From NCBI RefSeq assembly GCF_001194135.2, contig NC_068983.1, positions 66,893,828 to 66,957,827 of the forward strand: a DNA stretch of 64,000 bases. The letters are read 5' to 3'. This DNA is from Octopus bimaculoides. Taxonomy: Eukaryota. Numbering within the stretch: the first letter of the stretch is position 1; each line of letters begins with the position of its first letter. Both the position numbers and the translations under genes were made by a program. Below the pieces are notes generated by a model, which made no database searches, was not told where the DNA came from, and saw nothing but the letters and a program-made list of their open reading frames with translations. Of the stretch, positions 13,499-22,620 are shown piece by piece.

Positions 13499-14759
13499 CA
13501 GAGGCCACAGGCAAAGTTCTCATCAGTTTCCTCTCCAAATTCACCTGTTGCTCAGTCACGACGAGTAATTTCTTCTCCATTGACCCTGGCCTCCGATGTT
13601 AATGCACAAGGCTATGCTTCTGATTCTGATGTTGTGGACTCACATGACTCCCAGTGCTGCCCTCCTTCCTCCTCCGACGTAGGTGTTCTCAATGAGGCTG
13701 CGACCATGCCCAGGATGAAGCACCGCGAGGTGCATGATTCACGTTCACTTCATCGGCCTGCACTATCAAAGCCTGCATCTGATGTGTCAGTTTATGATAA
13801 TGTATCATCGTCTCCTGCCCGTCGATCATTGGCTGATACTGATAGTGCATCCCACACAATGCGACGATCTGATTCGCCAGCTTCCATGTCCAAACTCACT
13901 GAAAGCACGGCAAATGAAGAAAGCAAGGAACGACCCAATTTGGTTACTCTTTCGGAATCCCCAAAGAAAGGGAGTAGTCATTCTGAACCAGAAACTCCGG
14001 AAACATGTACAACTTTTGGACGGGATTTAGCTTGCTCGCCAAAAGATAATAAAATGGTGGAAACAGTCAAGATGGAAACGGCGTTTGTCGGGGATATTTT
14101 CAAAAATCAATCACCTTTATCCAATTCCAGAGGGGGTGCGGGGTATTCGGCCCCTGCAGCTTCAAGTTCTAGTTCTGCTGTAAGGGCTTCAGCTCCAGCG
14201 TCTGGTGGAAAAGGACATGGACGTACCCACCCATCTACGTCCGAATCCCCAGAGTCGGAGTGGCCATCCCCACCTGAGCCTCTGACCCCGCAGACGCCTA
14301 ACGTCCCCTTTGACAATATAGACTTTGACAGTGATTCGCTGAGGCGGATGCTTCGATCACTTCCAGTGTCCCCTATTGAAAAGGAAGACAACGATCAAGG
14401 GTTTCATGAAGATCCCTATATAGATAATAGAGGACAAACACACCACCGACGTTATCCTTCGGTGTCAAGAACAAAGAGTCTTAACAGTTATGATCGGGGT
14501 GGTTCTTCAAAGCCATCGGTGCCGCACCAACCATATTCTGTTGGGTACCCTTGCAGAGATGACTCATTTGTATCAATGCTCAAGAACACAGATCTGCCAA
14601 AATCTAAACAGGCAAAAATGCTTGTGGAATACGAACTTCATTTACGAAACAAGTGTGCCCGTGACAGTTATCCAGATAGTGGTATTGGAGGGGTTGCATC
14701 AGAAACTACTGGTTCATTATGGTCAGGGGATAGCAGCAAGTCAGCTGGAGCAAACAAAG
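13499..14759 (+). CDS. Large internal coding exon, about 420 aa, Ser/Pro-rich and probably disordered (QRPQAKFSSVSSPNSP...SVYDNV...EWPSPPEPLTP...RDSYPDSGIGG...SAGANK)
   Basis: 413-aa ORF in track; long polypyrimidine tract plus TACAG|CAG acceptor at 13498 (phase 0); strong AAAG|GTAAGT donor at 14760 (phase 1); raised GC and no stops. Family not securely identified; looks like a signalling/scaffold linker region. Confidence 0.9.
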
Positions 14760-15574
14760 GTAAGTACATTGCTTTTGCTTTATTCTATTTTGAGACAAAA
14801 ATCCAGAAAATAAACTTTTAAAATATCTCAATTTCTTTTAAATGTCTAAACAATTTTTTGATGATTTGTTAGGTTATAATTTTTCAGCTTACTGAATTCA
14901 TCTGTAGAATGAAATTTTTCTTTTAAAATTAGATCTACACTACATTTCAACCACAAAACTATAACACTGCAATTTCTTTAAGCACTCTTATTTTCAGATT
15001 ACCCTATTCACATTACACTGGGTCTTTGATGATTATTGCAATTTCTTTGTCAAAAATATAACTAAAATCATGAAATTTACAAACATTTGTAATGAGGCAG
15101 CATGGCTCATTACAAATGGGTTAAAAGTTTCTTTCACAATCATGAAGTCCCAATATCGTGGGAAAGTGTCTTTCAGCATAATTTCAGGTTGAGCCAAGCA
15201 TTGTGTTTAAAATGGATAAAAACATATTGTGTGGAAGTCTATCAGCTAAATTATAACTTTTCAGCTATTATTTGTATATACTTTGTATCAAATATAATAT
15301 CTTTCCTACACTTCAATTTATTTCTGTTTTAAAAGTAAACTTAGCTTATATTTTATTTTAACTCTAGATTATGTTTTGTGATATTAGTCTTGGATTTCAG
15401 TTTGCTTTTCATCCTCTATAGGTTGATTAATAAAGTAACAGTGGAGTGCTGGAGTTGATTCTTCTTTTCCATTCCCCTCTCACACTCTGAATTAAACACA
15501 CATACACACAGATGCATTATGATAAGAAATTGTGCATGTGCTCTTGAGAAGCTTTCTTACAAGATTATTCTATG

Positions 15575-15860
15575 AATCTGTCTTCAGTTTCGATTACTTT
15601 TTCAAAGCAGAACCAGAATCATTGAGATGCCTGCACTAAATGGTCCTTATTTATTTCAGGCATCACCTGCATAATGGCAGCCTTCAGTGAAGTAATGATA
15701 TTATGAGGATATCGGTTAGTCCCCCTTTCAACAATGTTCCAAATGTAGTAATCCAAGGGATTTAAACCTGGCAACTTTGGAGGACAACCTCCAACTTTTA
15801 GTTCATGTAATTGAAAAAACAGCATTATTTATGGGATGACCCAATACTTGAATCATCTTG
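15575..15860 (-). mobile_element. Tc1/mariner transposase C-terminal fragment
   Basis: ORF 15619-15825 PPKLPGLNPLDYYIWNIVERGTNRYPHN..SLKAAI matches the WPPNSPDLNPLDY..W motif. Confidence 0.8.
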
Positions 15861-16119
15861 AAATTAAGTGAATCTCTGGTCTGAGACTTATATGCAAACA
15901 CAGTGAAGTCTATTTGCTGATGATCTGAATTAATAGTATTGATAAACCACAATAATGGCAACATGTCAGTATCTACCATTCTCAGTCATTTGAGGCAAGT
16001 TGTCTCACCTCATCTAGGACATTCGGTGTTCTTTAACACTCAGTCTCATGTTGGGAGTTTTCCCTGGATTCTACTATGCAGCAAATCTGGTATATAAACA
16101 AGACATGCATAATGTATGT

Positions 16120-17236
16120 GTGACCAAAAATATATGCTCCTGCTGTCAACAAAGGCCCTCCCTCTCAGAGTGAAAGGCAGATTGTTTGATGCCTGTGTGC
16201 AAACAGCTATGCTGCATGGTAGTGAAACATAGGCTATGACAGCCGAAGGACATGTGTAGGCTTGAAAGAAATGAAGCCAGTATGCTTCATTGGATATGCA
16301 ATGTTAGTGTGCATTTTCAACAGAGTGTGAGCATCTTGAGAGTAAAGTTAAACATAAGAGGTATCAGATGTGGTATACAAGAGAGAAAACTGCACTGGTA
16401 TGGTCATGTGATGCATTTGGATGAAGACAGTTGTGTAAAGAAGCACTGATCTCTCGATGTGAATGGGACCTTTGGTCAAGGTAGACTCAGGAAGACATGG
16501 GATGAGGTGGTGAAGTGTGACCTTCAAACTTTGAACTTCACGGAGGCAATGACTAGTTACTGAGATCTTTAGTGTGCTCTGCTTAAGAGGACCCATCAAG
16601 CCTGGTGCACCTGTGCTGGTGGCATGTAAAAAAAATCAACCTCACAGAAGCAAAGTGTCTGAGTACCTTTCGAGTGTTGAGCCTGCTGGAGGTAAAGTAA
16701 CTGAGTTCCTTTTGAGTGCTGGGTCTCACGGAGGCAAAGTGGCTGAGTTCCTTCCAAGTGTTGGCCTCATGGAGGTGAGATTGCTGTGTTCTTTTTGAGT
16801 GGGTCTCATGGATGCAAAGTGGCTGAGCTCCTGGGCCTCATGGAAGCAAAGTGGCTGAGTTAATTTTGAATAGGCCTCACAGAGGTAAGGTGGCTGAGTT
16901 CCTTTCAAGCATTGGGCCTCATGGAGGCAAAGTGGCTGAGCTCCTTTTGAGTGTTGGGCCAAGACCTTTGGCATTATGTCGTACTTAAGAAGAAGACTCA
17001 TCAAACCATGCAAAATTGCAGTCATGGCAGATATTGGTGTCACACAAATGGCACTCATGCTGGTGGTACGTAAAAGCATCCATTACTCTGATGGAGTGGT
17101 TGGCGTAAGGAAGGGTATCCAACTGTAGAAAACCATACCAAATCAGACTGGAGCCTGGCACAGTCATGCAGGATACCAGCCCAATGAAACTGTCCAACCC
17201 ATGCCAGCATAGACAATGGACATTAAGTGATGATGA
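16120..17236 (+). mobile_element. 5'-truncated RTE-clade LINE (RT C-terminus, 3' UTR with minisatellite, (GAT)n tail)
   Basis: LPLRVKGRLFDACV..AMLHGSE..CRLERNEASML..LHWYGHV..GRLRKTWDEVVK; conserved RTE 3' end. Confidence 0.85.
16640..16968 (+). repeat. About 42-bp-unit minisatellite (about 8 degenerate copies) within RTE 3' UTR
   Basis: Unit approximately CTCATGGAGGCAAAGTGGCTGAGTTCCTTTTGAGTGTTGGGC; no unique spacers. Confidence 0.85.
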
Positions 17237-17258
17237 TATATGTATTATTATTATTGTT

Positions 17259-17417
17259 CATTATTTACATTTGATGGATATTTATCCTCCCCAAGACACC
17301 TGATGAAGGCTGGAGGGTATAATCAGCCGAAACGTATTAACAAAAAAAAGATGAGGACAAATGTCCATCAAATGTAAATAATGTAAATAATGCCTCATCT
17401 CTTAAATATAGAACTGT
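17259..17417 (+). mobile_element. Short Penelope-type element with 31-bp inverted repeat and degenerate hammerhead motif
   Basis: Inverted repeat 17259-17289 / 17353-17383 (29/31); CTGATGA-A-GGCTG..CAGCC-GAAACGTA at 17300-17336. Confidence 0.7.
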
Positions 17418-17442
17418 ATTATTATTGTTGTTGTTGTTATTC

Positions 17443-17499
<57 letters not shown>

Positions 17500-17500
17500 G

Positions 17501-17534
<34 letters not shown>

Positions 17535-17545
17535 GCTGTTGTTTA
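17418..17545 (-). repeat. (CAA)n(TAA)n tail of the R4/Dong element (TTA/TTG on +)
   Basis: Lies immediately 3' of the R4 3' UTR on the minus strand. Confidence 0.8.
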
Positions 17546-17886
17546 CTGTTAATTTGCATATTTGTTGCAATCACTTAGGGCAAGTGAAGGATAAGAGATG
17601 TTATAATATGACTGAAAGCTTAGGGAGGGGAAATGGCAGGGGCAGTAGTGAAGTATCTCGATGTAATACAACACAGACATTTAAATTGATAAGGTTTTTC
17701 TAAGGACATGGGCAGTTCTTATTAGCACAATCTTTTGGATTTCTCTAAGACATGGTTCTCCTGGGATGTTGTCTAGACGTTTCTGACAGACATCCCTTTT
17801 TTATCATACCTCGGCAACTACAATAACGGGAATAGTTCTTGCTTTAAGATACCACATCTTTTGTATTTCAATTTCCAGGTTCTTAC
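17546..17886 (-). mobile_element. R4/Dong LINE, 3' segment (end of REL endonuclease, stop at 17681-17683, 3' UTR)
   Basis: KNLEIEIQKMWYLKARTIPVIV...IPGEPCLREIQKIVLIRTAHVLRKTLSI*, typical R4/Dong C-terminus. Confidence 0.8.
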
Positions 17887-18856
17887 ATGTTGTTTTGCAA
17901 ACAACTTGCACATGCAAGCGCTACCAGCCGAGAGCTCCACATACCAGAAGCCAGCAAGTGTGTGGGGTCATCAGGAGAGAATGCATGCTGTTTCAGGTCC
18001 TACCTCTCGATAGCATCAATGCGCACTGGCCCCCTCACTGACATGAGGCCCTGGTTATCAAATAAAGCTCAATATTCTTCTAGCCTTCACTCATCGTCTC
18101 TTTTTAACCAAATCCAGTGGCTAACCTTCTCCACTGTAGTTTGGATATCGGACATGGTGGTATTTACTTTACGATGAGTTAGGCCTAACAATAACAACAG
18201 TCGTCTTACACTGTGTCCAACAAGTCCTCTACATCTGATTTCAATTGGAAAATTCTCTGATCTCCAGCCTGCATCTTCACATGAGGTGCCATCACTTCTT
18301 GGGACATTCTTTGCTCTAGCTTTTCTCATGAAATCATTCACCTCTTTCTCCCTGATGTCCCCAATTTGAAATTCGTTATCAGGTTCTAAGAGATGCTTTA
18401 GCCCATTTAGATGTGGCAGTGGCTGATTACAGTGTAGATCCACACTTTCCTTTCGCTAATTGGACATTATCTTTCACTCCAAATAATTCCTTTCCTGTAT
18501 TGTATATTGAGCTTGTTAATTTTCCCAGTTTCTCCACTGTAGATCCTGTCATTCTATAAAGAGCTTGACACACCTACTTTTCAAACCCTTTATATTTTCC
18601 TTTCTCATTAGCAGCAGGCCTCAGAACCCTCGGTTTCCTCCGAGTACTCTCTGATGCACTAATTTCATAACTTGCAGTTTCCTGTCGGGAAGTGGTCTTT
18701 GCTGTAGCATTTATCGATCTGCTGTGGTTTGAGTTCAGGGATGATTTGCCATGTGGTTTACAATCAGATGATCCTCACTGCTCTGTCCTCTTCTTACAAG
18801 TCTTACCCTGATGTATCTTCAAGCCTCTCTTGGTTGCAAAGGTCCTACAGCACAAC
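17887..18856 (-). mobile_element. HERO-like non-LTR element with RT deleted, nested in R4
   Basis: Degenerate zinc finger CCRTFATKRGLKIHQGKTCK (about 18790-18855); RVLRPAANEK..KLTSSIY..ELFGV; EKEVNDFMRKARAK joined in frame to CEDAGWRSENFPIEIRCRGLVG..SHWIWLKR. Confidence 0.7.
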
Positions 18857-19555
18857 TGTATTTACTAATCAATTAATTTGTCAAATTCCTTTACAGATAT
18901 ATTTTTATCATTGAGAACACTTACATCTATTAGTCTCCGAGTATTTTCTTCTGTGTCTTTAATAATTACGTCTGGTCAATTAGCATGACTCATTCTGTTG
19001 GTATTGACTGGAAAATCCCAGAGGACAGTGATATTTTTATCTTCATGACTGGTTCAGGATGATGTTCATACCAGTAAGCAGGAGTGCTGATTTTGTAGTG
19101 TTTACATATTTTCCAATTTAGATACTGTCCTACCCTTTTGTGGCCATTTTTGTATTCATTTGATGTCAGCCCACGGCATCCCAAAACGAGGTGGTTCATT
19201 GTTTTATCAAATGTATCACAGAATCTACATTTTAGGTCACTACCATTTTGAAGAACGTTAGCCTGGTAGTTTCTAGTTAGGAAGCATTGATCTTGTGCTG
19301 CCAATATGAAACCTTCAGTTTCTGTTTTCAGTCTTGAACTTCTCATCCACTGATGGGTTGTTGCATGGTTTACATCAGCATTTTGACTTTGAAGAATATA
19401 CTGTCCATGCAGGGGCTTCTGGCTCTGCCTCTCCTTAATTTGTTTCTGCCTGTTCTTTTTTGCAGTCTGCTTGATTCGTTTTGCTTGCTTGGTAGCAATG
19501 GTTTCAGGTTTTATCTAATTCAGGGTTAATGCCAAATTCTCTTGAATTTACAAGC
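18857..19555 (-). mobile_element. R4/Dong LINE, 5'-truncated segment (zinc knuckle plus REL endonuclease start)
   Basis: KPLHGQY..HQWMRSSRLKTETEGFILAAQDQ..TRNY..CRFC..HLVLGC..WYEHHPE..WDF..PDVIIKD..LIDVSV..KEFDK. Confidence 0.9.
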
Positions 19556-19576
19556 TTCTTTATTATTATTATTATT

Positions 19577-19790
19577 TAAAGTGGTGAGCTGACAGAATCG
19601 TTAGCATGCCAGGCGAAATGCTTAGCAGCATTTCTTCTGTCTCCATGCTTTGAGTTCAAATTCTGCCGAGGTCAACTTTGCCTTTCATCCTTTCAGAGTC
19701 ATTAAAATAAATACCAATCAAGCACTGGGGTCAATGCAATTGACTTACCCACTCCCTGAAATTATTGGCCTTGTGTTAAAATTTGAAATT
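19577..19790 (+). mobile_element. tRNA-type SINE (family A)
   Basis: GTGGTGAGCTGACAGAATCGTTAGC head, GAGTTCAAATTC B-box-like motif, CTTTCATCCTTTC core, GGCCTTGTG..AAATTTGAAA end; multiple copies in window. Confidence 0.85.
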
Positions 19791-21934
19791 ATTATTATTT
19801 AAAACAGTTTGATTTGACCCCATGTGACTTAAAGTTTCGCAGGCTTCTTACAGCAAGCTAGCTCATCAAGCTAGCTCATCAAGCTCAATCAACATATATA
19901 TATATGCTTGTGTATTTCCCAACCAATAATTATAAAAATGAGACCATAATAATATCTCCTACCTCACTAGCTTTTATATTTATTCATATTTGATCACCTC
20001 TGCCAAGATGTTGTTCCACAGTAATACCACTGTTAAGACTGATTGATTAACTCCATAGTTTGTTATTTCTAAGCCTACCTCTATAGGGTATCATCTCTGA
20101 ATATTCAGATATATCTTGATTTTATCACAACACCCAGCTCTTGCTAAAGAAGCTCTGATGTCTTTGATTTTATTTCAATTCTCATAACAGCTATATTAAT
20201 CTTGTAGTTGATGCAAGGTATATTATAGTACTAATTGGTAGAACATGATTATACATCAAAATGAATTTAAGATGTGAGTGGTCTCGCATCAACCAAATTT
20301 CTCATAAACATAATAAAGTTTAGAATATCCCAACCTTAATAGACTAAATTTGATCGGAATTAATGTGTGCAATAAAAAATTGAGGATAGTGTTGCTTTTG
20401 GAGAAACAAATAGGCTGACATATACAGTTTGTATTACATTGAGTAAAAGTGAAATCTTTATTTCTTAATTCAAGTACCTAATCATACAAAGGTAATGATG
20501 ACAGGACAATAGTTGAAGTACTGATTTCCCTTTAAATCCAAAGTTAATCTGGTTTCTTTCATCTTTTTGGCACTAAGCTATTTGATTTTGACTTTTGGCT
20601 TCCTTTGCAAGAAAGTTTTTAAAATGTTCTCTTAAGACAACTTATCCTGAGAGTTAACCATGTATTGAAATGTCACTTAATACTTGGAACAATGTAAAAA
20701 TTATTTCAGAAGACCTATAAAATATAAGGGGGAATAAAATAAATAGGAAAGCTGGCAAAACAGACTAACTAACTGACAAATGTAAAGTGTTAAATATATG
20801 TTGGAGGAGATGGGAATGAACTGGATAGATTCAATTCAATGATGGCAAGAATGAGTTGAACAGTTACTCCAGTTGTGAAGTGTCAGCCAGAGATATAAAA
20901 GCAGTTAATTTCTATGAAACAGGCTCTTGAACTGTCAGATAATGTAGCATAATAGCAAAATCCTACAGCTTGCAGTGAAAGTAATCAACTCACAAATAAA
21001 GAAACAAAATCGACTAAGTTATCAAAGCTTTGTGAATAATGATTATACTTGTTATTTTTTTGTTGTTGGAAGAGTTGTAGTTGGTGTGTGTATGTGTGTG
21101 TTTTGTAGCTAAGAACAGGTTGTGTGTGTGTGTGTGTGCATGCGCGTGAGTGTGTATGTATGCATGTGCATGCTTGTGTTTGTGTTTGTGTTTGTCTGTG
21201 CATGTATGCAGCTAGGGAAAAAATATTTTTAAAGAAGTGAAGAAAGTAAAGTATGTAGATGAATGCTTAATTATAATTTTTATTTGATACATAAAACGGT
21301 GATGAAAAGCATAAGTGTTTGTAGATCAAATTGATAAAAATAATAACATAGAGAGGTTGAAAGCAATAATAAGCCCAATGTATCTTCATTTGGAGTTTAT
21401 TGGCTTAGTTTGTACTGCTAATATCTCCATCATGACATGATAATTTACTCACTCAAGATAGTTCTTCAATGAAAGAAACAATTTTACCGATAATCTAAGT
21501 AGTATTAAAACTAAATCCAAACATGTTTAAGTACATACTCGTTATAATGACCAAAAATTATAGAAATAAATATAATATATAAGACAGCTATTTCTTGCAG
21601 TTATTCTTGCTGATTAGAGTAGGACACAAATGTAATTCTTAGTGTGCACATCACATTTTGCCACATGCAAAAAGATAACAAGACAAATATTAGCATATTA
21701 AAAATTTCCAATACATACATTTTTCTTTCAGCTGATACTATATATATGTGCATTCACACATACTCATAAAAATACATATATAATGTCCTTGTTCTTTAAA
21801 ATAATTAACTATTATACCATTGCCTAAACAGTCAGTTGTAATGATTATTCTACTGAACTCAGCTCCTACATAATGAAATAATTTGGGAGAACATTCCTGA
21901 TATGCATAAGAACCAGTGCTTGCTACCACTAGTC

Positions 21935-22620
21935 TGTCTTTTATAGAAATAGTTCCATGGAAGATGCAATGTTGACTGCACTATGATACCTGCAAGGAAC
22001 AGATGTCAAAGTGCTGTTTCTTGACTTTAGCCCTTCATTCAACACTGTCATAACTATCTTGTTGGCTCTGTAGCTCCAAGATCTGAATTTGAGTTTTGCA
22101 TTATGTAAATAAGTTATAATTTTTCTGACCAACAGACATCAGCTTCATAGTTTGGGAATTACACCTCCTTATCCGTTACTTTTAGCATTGGTGTGTCAAA
22201 GAGATACATACTGATCCCACCTCTTTTTGGAGCAGTGTTAAAAGTGCTGAACCACTCTTTTTACTGCTCTAAAAACTATAAAGTGTGAAGGTAACACCAT
22301 TATAATAGTTTTGATAAATGGTTTGGGAAGAAGCAGTACAGAGATAGAGATATTGACTATGGCATTCGACTCCATAACAGTGGTTCTCATTTTATGACTA
22401 TATATGTTCAAAATTCTGCAACAACTTCACATTTACATGAACGATAGTAATGGCAAAGAAGTTCCCAGATTCAGGCTCCTTGATATCCTTATTATTTCTC
22501 CAGATTATACAAAATGTTTCTCTGTGTATAAAACAGTTTGTGTGAGACATTATAAGCGTAAGGATGTAGTGAAACTGTTAATCTTAGAATGGTTTTCTTG
22601 ATATGAAAAGTCATGGCAAA
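21935..22620 (+). mobile_element. Degenerate Rex1/Babar-like LINE RT fragment
   Basis: VKVLFLDFSPSFNTV..FLTNR..GITPP..GVS..L.PPLF pattern followed by a decayed thumb region; many frameshifts. Confidence 0.6.

Noticed and set aside
16640-16968. CRISPR-like look of the repeated GGAGGCAAAGTGGCTGAG motif
   Set aside because: Intervening sequences are homologous parts of one 42-bp unit, not unique spacers; eukaryotic context with no cas genes; lies in an RTE 3' UTR.
17337-17703. Poly-N / poly-L ORFs, and the many HT/VC/YI-repeat ORFs elsewhere
   Set aside because: Translations of (TAA)n, (CA)n and (TA)n microsatellites.
17960-18000. GAAAC...CTGATGA on the minus strand in the HERO 3' UTR as a type II hammerhead
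   Set aside because: Only 16 nt separate the motifs, too few for stems III and I, and the 10.1/11.1 bases (C/U) cannot pair.
19577-19680. SINE heads as tRNA genes
   Set aside because: They have A/B-box-like motifs but no complete cloverleaf and continue into SINE bodies.
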